A stretch of 26,062 bases of DNA from Acidobacteriota bacterium (lineage in GTDB: Bacteria > Acidobacteriota > JAAYUB01 > JAMOQF01): assembly GCA_027040585.1 (NCBI GenBank), contig JALULU010000263.1:1-26062 (forward strand). Reading direction: 5' to 3'. The notes beneath the pieces were generated by a model that ran no database searches, had not been told where the DNA came from, and saw only the letters and a list, made by a program, of their open reading frames with translations. A program made the position numbers and the translations under genes. Positions 1 through 7,836 of the stretch are shown in pieces. Numbering within the stretch: position 1 is the stretch's first letter; each line of letters begins with the position of its first letter.

Positions 1-2
1 TA

Positions 3-449
3 CACATATTCTTTAATATGTTTATTCTATGGATGTTTGGTCCTGAGGTTGAAAGAATACTTGGGGGAATAAGATTCTTAAAGTTTTACTTTTTTTCAGG
101 GATTGGGGCTGGAATTTGCTGCTATTTGATTTCTCCTTTCTCTCCAATTCCAGTCATAGGTGCATCAGGTGCCATATTTGGTGTTTTACTTGCTTTTGCA
201 ATGTTTTTCCCTGATAGGATTTTGCTTCTTTTTATGATAATTCCAGTTAAGGCAAAATATGTTATTGCTGGATATGCTATCCTTGAGGTTTATCTAACAC
301 TTATTGGCCCAAAGGATTCGATTGCCCATATTGGTCATGTGGGTGGGCTTATTTTTGGATATATTTTTTTAAGATGGGGAAATATAAGGAAGGATATGAG
401 ATTTTACTATTTAAAACTAAAGTATTGGTGGATAAAGAGAAAATATTAG
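3..449 (+). CDS. Rhomboid family intramembrane serine protease (5'-truncated by window edge)
   Basis: The frame is open upstream of the ATG at 18 and reads HIFFNM (rhomboid HxxxN motif). Catalytic GASG and a downstream His (AHIGHVGG) are present, with several hydrophobic helices. Confidence 0.93.
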   Translation, partial: HIFFNMFILWMFGPEVERILGGIRFLKFYFFSGIGAGICCYLISPFSPIPVIGASGAIFGVLLAFAMFFPDRILLLFMIIPVKAKYVIAGYAILEVYLTLIGPKDSIAHIGHVGGLIFGYIFLRWGNIRKDMRFYYLKLKYWWIKRKY

Positions 450-460
450 GAGGGTAGATT

Positions 461-1816
461 ATGGAGTTTGATCTTTTAAAAAAGATGGAGGAAATAAGAG
501 ATTTAATTAAAAGTGAAAAAATAGAATTTATAGATTTAAAGGCTATGGATATTTTTGGGAGGATTAGGCATTTAACACTGCCAGTATCAATGTTTACTGA
601 GGACTTAATTGAAAAGGGCGTTGGAATAGATGGTTCAAACTATGGCTTTTCTAAAATAGATAAGAGTGATTTTATAGCCATACCTGATCTTGATACCTTT
701 TTTATTGAAAATGATTCATATAATAAAAGGGCTTCATTTTTAGTTAATTTTAAAAAGGACCCCGATAGTAGTGATTTTATTTTTCAGGATTTGAGATATC
801 TCTCGAAAAGATGTGAAAAGATGATAAAAGATTTAAAAGTTGGAGATGAGATACTCTTTTCTCCGGAATATGAATTTTATATTTTTGATAGGGTTGATTT
901 TGAAGTAGGAACCCATACGTCTTTTTATAGTATTTACAGTAAAGAAACTGGCAATGAAACTTCATATCACATAGATATACCCAAAGATAGATATTTTCAC
1001 ATTAGATGTGAAATAGTTTCAATGCTTGAAAGTTCAGGAATTAAAACAAAGTACCATCACCACGAGGTTGGTCAGTGGGGTCAACAGGAAATAGAGATAG
1101 GTTTTAATGGACTATTGAAATCTGCTGATATATCGCTTCTTTTTAAGTATTTTTCAAGAAAGGTGGCAGAGAGAAATGGTGTAGTTGTCACATTTATGCC
1201 AAAACCCCTTAAAGATATGGCTGGAAGTGGTTGGCATGTGCATCAGTTTATACAAAAAGATGGGAAAAGTATTTTTTTTGATGAAAATAGTTTGTTAAGT
1301 GAAATGGGATTGCACTATGTTGGAGGGTTAATAAGACATGCAAAGGCCCTATGTGCCTTTACAAATCCATCTGTAAATTCCTATAAGAGATTAACCCCTG
1401 GATATGAGGCTCCTGTTTCAATTGATTTTGGAGAGGGTGATAGGAGTTCCCTTATAAGAATTCCACAATATGCTAAAAATGTAAGGGAGTGCAGGATTGA
1501 ATACAGGGTCCCAGATTTTTCCTGTAATCCCTATCTTGCCCTTTCTGCAATGACCATGGCAGGTATTGATGGGATAATAGAGAAAATTGATCCATATGAA
1601 GAGATAAAAAGGTTAAAAAGTAAAGGTGAAGATAGATTGCCAGGAAGTCTTGAAAAGGCAGTGGAATATCTGTCAGGAGATAAAGATTTTTTGAAAAGGG
1701 GAGGAATTTTTAAAGAGGATCTTATAAATAATTGGATAAAGGTAAAAGAGAATGAAATGTCTAAGTTAAATTCATATGTCTCGCCAGCTGAATATCTGTT
1801 TTATTTTGATATGTAA
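461..1816 (+). CDS. glnA: Type I glutamine synthetase
   Basis: Motifs IDGSN, PEYEF, HHEVG, TFMPKP, GSGWHVH, NSYKRLTPGYEAP, IRIP, RIEYRVPD and NPYLA. SD aggagg overlaps the rhomboid stop. Confidence 0.93.
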   Translation: MEFDLLKKMEEIRDLIKSEKIEFIDLKAMDIFGRIRHLTLPVSMFTEDLIEKGVGIDGSNYGFSKIDKSDFIAIPDLDTFFIENDSYNKRASFLVNFKKDPDSSDFIFQDLRYLSKRCEKMIKDLKVGDEILFSPEYEFYIFDRVDFEVGTHTSFYSIYSKETGNETSYHIDIPKDRYFHIRCEIVSMLESSGIKTKYHHHEVGQWGQQEIEIGFNGLLKSADISLLFKYFSRKVAERNGVVVTFMPKPLKDMAGSGWHVHQFIQKDGKSIFFDENSLLSEMGLHYVGGLIRHAKALCAFTNPSVNSYKRLTPGYEAPVSIDFGEGDRSSLIRIPQYAKNVRECRIEYRVPDFSCNPYLALSAMTMAGIDGIIEKIDPYEEIKRLKSKGEDRLPGSLEKAVEYLSGDKDFLKRGGIFKEDLINNWIKVKENEMSKLNSYVSPAEYLFYFDM

Positions 1817-1834
1817 AAATTTTTAAAAAAAATA

Positions 1835-1862
1835 TTGAAAAAATATTTTAAAAAAATATAAT
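1835..1862 (+). promoter_or_regulatory. Putative sigma70 promoter for the 1912..4545 gene
   Basis: TTGAAA (1835-1840), 16 bp spacer, TATAAT (1857-1862). The AT-rich background lowers specificity. Confidence 0.55.
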
Positions 1863-1911
1863 TAGAAGTGTAATGGCTATTAGAAGAAAAATACTTTTTG
1901 AGGGTAGCAAT

Positions 1912-4545
1912 ATGAGGAAAAACTTGTTTCTGATTTTTTTGTCTTTCTTTCTTTTGACCTTTTTTGGTTTTGGGTCAACTTTTAATTCCATGACCAACCT
2001 TGTTAAAAATTCTGTTGCAATTTTTATGTGTAAGTATCCAGGTCATGGAGACAGTGTAAAGGTAATTGGGACGCTAAAGGGTACTGTTCCCAGGGATGTA
2101 AAACTTGGGGAAGTCTATCTTGAAAATATGGAACCAGGGACACTTTACATTGTTTTTGCAAAGAAGAGAAATCCCTGGAGGGTTTTTCCAGACGGGTATA
2201 TCTATTTGACCTATGATGAAGTTGCTGGTAGAGTCTGGAGGAGCCCAATGAATCTTGAAAAACTCTTTAAAAATATAGATCCACAGGTTAGGAGTGAGCT
2301 TTATAGGATTCCAGCACCAATTCACAGAAAAACTCATCATCCAATAACAATTGGAACTCTTGTGGATGAGATAAGTCATTTGCCTGAAGGTTCACCTGTA
2401 TCTAATAGAATTTTTGGCCCTGCATTAAAGGGAGTTATTAAATCTTCACTTGGTGAGAGATATGGAAGGGCAACACCTCCTGCTAATTCACTTCCAAGGG
2501 TATTTAATGTAAATGGTACAGGAAATTTTAAGCCAGGTATTTTTCAGGGTAAGGTATCGCATGGGAATTTTAAGAGAAATGTAAAGGATATAACTTCCTG
2601 TAGCGGTGGAACTGTTTTAAATATAGGTGATGAAGGTAACCAGCAGATAAATTTTACATCCTTTTCATTCCCATATATGGGTACAACTTACACTTCCTGC
2701 TATGTAACAGATAATGGCTATATTACATTTGGAAGTGCCTATAACACCTATTATGTTGATCTTTACCACTTCTTTAGTTACATGCCCCCTGTTATAGCCC
2801 CATTTTTTAATGATTTTGACCCGGGTTCTGGTGGTACAATCTCCTATGTTGAAACTGCAAATGAGCTAATAATCTGTTGGGATGAAATGCCTGACTATTG
2901 GTATCCTTCATATACCTGTTCCTTTGCACTACATCTATATAGTGATGGCTCCTTCATGTTTGAATATGGCACAATGGATGTCTACTGGCAGGGTATAATG
3001 GGATTTAGTGATGGCTCAAATAATACCCACACATTATCAGGTGATTACGATTTTTCATATTTGATGGGAAACACTGGAGTTGCACAGATAAATGGAAATT
3101 ATAAAAATGTATTTGATGACTATTCAAATGACCTTGGATGGATAGATTATGGAATGGTCTATTTTAGCGGAAATCCGACAGGTATAGATCCTGCTGACAA
3201 TTTAGATGGGTATGATTCCATGTCAAATGCTTACGTTTTGGATGTGGCAGCTTCTCCAACGCCTGGATGGTTTAGCTACACTTCTCCTGATGGTGGACAT
3301 TTATCACCAGGCGAAACTGTTTGGTATAAGATTGAAGTTCCCGGACAGCCAGATGAACAGTATATTATTGACGCAAAGGTTACATCCTATGATGCCTATG
3401 ATGACTATGCGGATACTATGATTGGTGTTTTTGATGAAAATGGAAATTTTATAGATTATTTTGATGATGTGCCTGGGTGGTTTGGTTCATACGATCCGCA
3501 TGAGAAAGTGCTTGTGCCAGGTGGCACTACTTTGTACATTTGTGTTACAGGTACAGGTGACTATGGATTTAGTGGAAACCACACAGAGGATGGTTCAATA
3601 GGAGTCCACATTACTGTTATGGATTGGACAGGTTATCCACTGCCACTTGGTGATGATGATTATATAACTTTACTGTTACCCCAAAATGCTCCATTCCCTA
3701 TTGCAGGGTACGAATGGCCTGCAATGTATCTCTGCTCAAATGGTTTTGTATCCTTTGACTATCCAGATACAAATTATGATCCCAATGAAGGTGATTTAGA
3801 AAGTGGTCCAGTCAGGGCATGTATGTATTGGGATGACCTTTCACCAAATTATGCTTCTTATCCCTATGGTGTGTATTACTGGACAAATACAGAGGATCCA
3901 GAATTTATGTATGCAGGCATCCAGTTTTATGGTGTACCAACATACGATGGGGACATGACAAACTTTGCATCATTTTTTATAGCTGATGGTACCATGATTG
4001 ATATGTTCAATTTGACATCTGACGATGGACTTGTGGGATATGGAATTGGTAATGGATTTCCAACACCTGGGTCAAAGGACCTGTCTGCTAAAATAAATTC
4101 CACATCAGTAATTGATTGGGGTACTGGATTAAAGAGTATTGGAACTGGTCTTGAACTCTATTACTATGAACTGTTTGATTCAAGTACAAATCCTTGTGAC
4201 CTTGGTATAGATGGTGGTTTTAACTCCTTCCAGTTTTTTGGGATGTATAACTACACCTTTATGGGTAAGGATGTAGATAATAGTACATATGCATATTTTA
4301 ATGATACAGATGCTTCAACAAGGTGCAAGTTTCTGTCACTTCAGAAAGATTACATTTTCTTAAGTCCAACAATGTATCCGGTTGCGGCTTCTTTTAGGGG
4401 TAATTACTACTTTGGTGTAAATGATAGAATGTATCCAGGTTACATTCAGACAAAGGGTAAATTTGATATGGATGGTAACTGTACGGTTTATCTAATTAAC
4501 TATTACTACCCTGGACATCTATTTAAATGTATAGGTAATTGGTAG
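1912..4545 (+). CDS. Large secreted modular protein with two nidogen(NIDO)-like domains flanking a PPC-like domain
   Basis: Start moved from 1873 to ATG 1912 (gaggg SD, then signal peptide MRKNLFLIFLSFFLLTFFGFG). Two copies of GD(D/E)...FP..G..(Y/W)...Y(V/L)..NG(Y/F)(I/V)(T/S)F...(F/W)(N/D)D(F/L).P. A central segment WYKIEV...DTMIGVFDENG...TLYICVTG is PPC-like. Confidence 0.7.
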   Translation: MRKNLFLIFLSFFLLTFFGFGSTFNSMTNLVKNSVAIFMCKYPGHGDSVKVIGTLKGTVPRDVKLGEVYLENMEPGTLYIVFAKKRNPWRVFPDGYIYLTYDEVAGRVWRSPMNLEKLFKNIDPQVRSELYRIPAPIHRKTHHPITIGTLVDEISHLPEGSPVSNRIFGPALKGVIKSSLGERYGRATPPANSLPRVFNVNGTGNFKPGIFQGKVSHGNFKRNVKDITSCSGGTVLNIGDEGNQQINFTSFSFPYMGTTYTSCYVTDNGYITFGSAYNTYYVDLYHFFSYMPPVIAPFFNDFDPGSGGTISYVETANELIICWDEMPDYWYPSYTCSFALHLYSDGSFMFEYGTMDVYWQGIMGFSDGSNNTHTLSGDYDFSYLMGNTGVAQINGNYKNVFDDYSNDLGWIDYGMVYFSGNPTGIDPADNLDGYDSMSNAYVLDVAASPTPGWFSYTSPDGGHLSPGETVWYKIEVPGQPDEQYIIDAKVTSYDAYDDYADTMIGVFDENGNFIDYFDDVPGWFGSYDPHEKVLVPGGTTLYICVTGTGDYGFSGNHTEDGSIGVHITVMDWTGYPLPLGDDDYITLLLPQNAPFPIAGYEWPAMYLCSNGFVSFDYPDTNYDPNEGDLESGPVRACMYWDDLSPNYASYPYGVYYWTNTEDPEFMYAGIQFYGVPTYDGDMTNFASFFIADGTMIDMFNLTSDDGLVGYGIGNGFPTPGSKDLSAKINSTSVIDWGTGLKSIGTGLELYYYELFDSSTNPCDLGIDGGFNSFQFFGMYNYTFMGKDVDNSTYAYFNDTDASTRCKFLSLQKDYIFLSPTMYPVAASFRGNYYFGVNDRMYPGYIQTKGKFDMDGNCTVYLINYYYPGHLFKCIGNW

Positions 4546-4564
4546 TAAGGTTTAAAAGATAAGC

Positions 4565-4600
4565 AAAAGCTCCCTTTATTTAAAGGGAGCTTTTTTTTTT
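4565..4600 (+). terminator. Rho-independent terminator
   Basis: Perfect inverted repeat aaaagctcccttta-tt-taaagggagctttt running into a 10-nt T tract, 20 nt after the 4545 stop. Confidence 0.9.
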
Positions 4601-4624
4601 ACCTTTGTTAAGAGGTGATTTTTC

Positions 4625-4921
4625 GTGGATAGTAAAAAAAGGTCGATTGTTAAAGCATTTTCATGGAAGCTTTTAGCCTTTTTAATACTTGTGATTGTCA
4701 GTTATGCTGTTACTGGCAGTTTAAAGGATACAACAATAATAACGGTAATTTATCATATAATAGGTGTAATTTTATATTTTCTACATGAGAGGATATGGAG
4801 CAAAATTAAATGGGGAAGGGAAGATCATCCCCTTTCTGTTATTGAGATTGAAGGGAAAATTGATGAAAATGATATAGACCTAATAAAAGAGAAACTTAAG
4901 GAACTTGGATATGTTAAATGA
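4625..4921 (+). CDS. DUF2061 family small membrane protein
   Basis: GTG start with gaggtg SD. N-terminal RSIVKAFSWK, two hydrophobic helices and YFLHERIW, as in DUF2061. Confidence 0.8.
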   Translation: MDSKKRSIVKAFSWKLLAFLILVIVSYAVTGSLKDTTIITVIYHIIGVILYFLHERIWSKIKWGREDHPLSVIEIEGKIDENDIDLIKEKLKELGYVK

Positions 4922-4939
4922 GTGTTAAGGAGATGTGAT

Positions 4940-5743
4940 ATGGAAGAAAGGATTATAACTATAACAACAGATTTTGGAGATTCATATTATCTTGGTAGTA
5001 TGAAAGGCTCAATCCTTAAAGTTAACCCATCTGCAAAACTTGTAGACATTACAAACTCAATTTCTATGGGAAATATCAGAGAGGCAGCCTTTGCTCTCTT
5101 TCAGTCCTATAAATACTTTCCCCAGTTTACAATACACCTTGTTGTAGTTGATCCAACCGTGGGATCAAATAGAATGCCCATAATTGTGGTTACTGAAAAG
5201 TACTATTTTGTTGGCCCTGACAATGGTGTTTTTAGTTATATCTATAAATTTGATGAGGTTTATAAGGTTATTGAAATCAAAGAGGAGCACTTCTTTAATG
5301 AAAAGGTCTCAAATACCTTTCACGGTAGGGACATATTTGGTCCCGTTGCAGGGTGGATGTCAAAGGGGATTGATACCTCAAAATTTGGTGAACCCATAAA
5401 TAATTATCTTTCATTTGAAATACCATCACCCCAACTTATTAAACCCGGTGCAGTTAAGGGGAAAATCCTCCACATTGATAAATTTGGAAATCTGATAACA
5501 AATTTGACCGAGGAGATTATTCCTTTAGATGAAAATGGGTATCCAAAGACTATAAAAGTTATTACAAAATCAGGAGAAATTACAAAAAAATGTAGATTTT
5601 ATAGCGAAGATAAAAGTGGAGAGCCATTTTTCATAATGGGAAGTGGAGGATTTTATGAGATTTCAGCAAATGGAAAGAGTGCCAGAGATATTTTAAATTT
5701 GAAGATTGGTTCTGAGATTGGGGTACTATATCAACCTAAATAG
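4940..5743 (+). CDS. SAM hydroxide adenosyltransferase (DUF62; SAM-dependent chlorinase/fluorinase superfamily)
   Basis: Start moved to ATG 4940 (aaggag SD). Motifs TDFG, VVDPTVGSNR, GPDNG, SNTFHGRDIF and IDKFGNLITN. Confidence 0.9.
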   Translation: MEERIITITTDFGDSYYLGSMKGSILKVNPSAKLVDITNSISMGNIREAAFALFQSYKYFPQFTIHLVVVDPTVGSNRMPIIVVTEKYYFVGPDNGVFSYIYKFDEVYKVIEIKEEHFFNEKVSNTFHGRDIFGPVAGWMSKGIDTSKFGEPINNYLSFEIPSPQLIKPGAVKGKILHIDKFGNLITNLTEEIIPLDENGYPKTIKVITKSGEITKKCRFYSEDKSGEPFFIMGSGGFYEISANGKSARDILNLKIGSEIGVLYQPK

Positions 5744-6387
5744 TTTCTCTTAACTTCCCCTGTATATTTATCTGCAATCCTTGTGGGTTCAGGGAGTTTA
5801 TACTTTGTAATTAAATTTTTTACTATTTCTATTGAGGTATATACATCCATTAGATGACCGGGAGATACAAATATGGGTTTGACTTTTATTTTACTCCTTA
5901 GAACACCGCCAATAAATTTATCCTTATACCAGAGTGGAGACCATGATTTTATATTTTGTGGTGGGGGGATAAAACTCCCCACAAGTTTTTTCTTGGCGCA
6001 TCCAATTGTTGGCTTATTTAAAATTAATCCCAGATGAGAAGCCAGTCCAATACCTCTTGGGTGTGCAATTCCCTGTCCATCACAGATAAAGAGATCCGGA
6101 TCAATCTTACACTTTTTTATACACTTTAAAAGTGGAGGAATTTCCCTGAAGGATAAAAGCCCTGGAATGTATGGGAAATTTATGTCTGAGATATGGTACC
6201 TTTTTTCAATTATTTCTAAATTTTTATAGGAGAAGATGACAATTGTAGCGAACGCTTTCTTCACCCTTTCAACATAGGATACATCAACTCCTGCTACAGT
6301 GTTTATTCTACTTAAACTATTTTTAAGTATAACTTTTTTTGAGAGTTCAATCTGGAGTTTGAAATATTTTTTGTAATCACCCTTCAT
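5731..6387 (-). CDS. nfi: Endonuclease V (deoxyinosine 3' endonuclease)
   Basis: Motifs AGVDVSY, YIPGLLSFRE, DGQGIAHPRGIGLASHLG, PTIGCAK, PIFVSPGH and KLPEPTRIAD. Its 3' end overlaps the convergent DUF62 gene by 13 bp. Confidence 0.96.
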   Translation of the reverse strand: MKGDYKKYFKLQIELSKKVILKNSLSRINTVAGVDVSYVERVKKAFATIVIFSYKNLEIIEKRYHISDINFPYIPGLLSFREIPPLLKCIKKCKIDPDLFICDGQGIAHPRGIGLASHLGLILNKPTIGCAKKKLVGSFIPPPQNIKSWSPLWYKDKFIGGVLRSKIKVKPIFVSPGHLMDVYTSIEIVKNLITKYKLPEPTRIADKYTGEVKRNYLG

Positions 6388-7756
6388 TTTGAAGCTTTTC
6401 TTTCATTATTTTTTTATAGTCTTCAACCCCCGGCTGGTCATATGGATTTACATTTAATAGTTCCCCCTCAAAGGCAGTTGCTATCTCAAAGAAATAGAAG
6501 AGCATTCCAAGTGTAAATTCATCTAATTTAGAAATTTTTATTTTACATGAAGGTCTTTTAGCATTTTTAAGGGCTATTTCATTTGCATGAAGTGCTGTAT
6601 TTAAAAGTGTAGAAAACTTTTTCCCATTAAGAAAGTTGAGCTTTTCTGAAAATAGGTTTTCATTGGGAAGGGTTATATTACTTTTTCCAAAATCCTCTAT
6701 CTCAATAAAAGTTATAACCTTGTTATATTTTCCTTCCCTGTGTTGTTGGGTTTGAGAGTGCATATCAGTTGTTCCAAGTGCTGGTATTGGTGTCCTTCCT
6801 TCATTTACAATATTTCCATCTCTATCTTTTTCCTTACCTAAACTTTCAGAAAGTAATTGTACATACCAATAAGAAAAACTTTTTAGTCTATCAGAGTATG
6901 GCATAATTACCGTTTCATTAAATCCCTTTTCTTTATAAAGTAGATAGGAGAATATGGCGTAAAGGTATGCTGGATTTTCAAAAATGTCCTCATTCTTAGT
7001 TATCTCATCCATTTTTTTTGCGCCATTTAATAATTTTTCAATATCTATTCCAACAGTTGCGGCAAGTACTAAACCCACTTCTGAAAGAACAGACCATCTA
7101 CCACCAATACCTTCAGGTACCTCAAAACTTTGCAGGTTTAATTCTTTTGATATCTTTCTTAAAACCCCTTTTTTCCTATCAGTTATGACAGTAAAGTGGT
7201 TTTCAGGTTTTAATCCCCTTTCATTAACTTTTTGGAAAATGTACAGAAAACTTGCCATTGTTTCCATTGTGGTTCCAGATTTTGAAATTACAATAAACAT
7301 CGTCTCTTCTAAATTAATTTCATCAAGTAAACCTTGAAGTGATGACGGATCAACATTGTTTCCGGCAAAAAATACTTTTGGAATATCCTTTTTTGTTTGA
7401 TATGGATGACATAATGCATCTATTAAAACCTGATTCCCAAGATAACTTCCACCTATACCAAGTGATACAACATATTTATATTTATTTCTTACCCTTTCAC
7501 CATAGCTTTTAATTCTTTCTATTAATTGAGGTTTTTCCTCACTTTGATAAGGTAACCTTGTAAATAAAACTTTTTCATTGTGCCCTTTAGCAATTCCCTT
7601 TTCTCTTAAATCTTTAATGGATTTTATAGCCCTATTAATTTTGTATTCAAGATTTTCAATATCTTTTAAAGATATTCCATTTTTATCTATTTCTTTTTCA
7701 GTTAGGTTTTTAAAATGGAATCCAAAATTTTCTCTATTTATTTCAAATTTTTTCAT
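6377..7756 (-). CDS. pgi: Glucose-6-phosphate isomerase
   Basis: Motifs GIGGSYLG, SKSGTT, GGRWSV, QLLSESLGK, DMHS and NPYDQPGVE. Confidence 0.97.
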   Translation of the reverse strand: MKKFEINRENFGFHFKNLTEKEIDKNGISLKDIENLEYKINRAIKSIKDLREKGIAKGHNEKVLFTRLPYQSEEKPQLIERIKSYGERVRNKYKYVVSLGIGGSYLGNQVLIDALCHPYQTKKDIPKVFFAGNNVDPSSLQGLLDEINLEETMFIVISKSGTTMETMASFLYIFQKVNERGLKPENHFTVITDRKKGVLRKISKELNLQSFEVPEGIGGRWSVLSEVGLVLAATVGIDIEKLLNGAKKMDEITKNEDIFENPAYLYAIFSYLLYKEKGFNETVIMPYSDRLKSFSYWYVQLLSESLGKEKDRDGNIVNEGRTPIPALGTTDMHSQTQQHREGKYNKVITFIEIEDFGKSNITLPNENLFSEKLNFLNGKKFSTLLNTALHANEIALKNAKRPSCKIKISKLDEFTLGMLFYFFEIATAFEGELLNVNPYDQPGVEDYKKIMKEKLQNEG

Positions 7757-7836
7757 AAAAAAACCTCTCTTTTTTTATATTCACAAAACTCTTTTTATTA
7801 TATAATATTCTTCAAAATTTAAATAGGGGTTTTAAA

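Noticed and set aside
4940-5743. Possible fluorinase or chlorinase
   Set aside because: It has the Asp-Arg-His pattern of SAM hydrolases (VVDP...R, TFHGRD). Halogenases FlA and SalL have Tyr at the His position.
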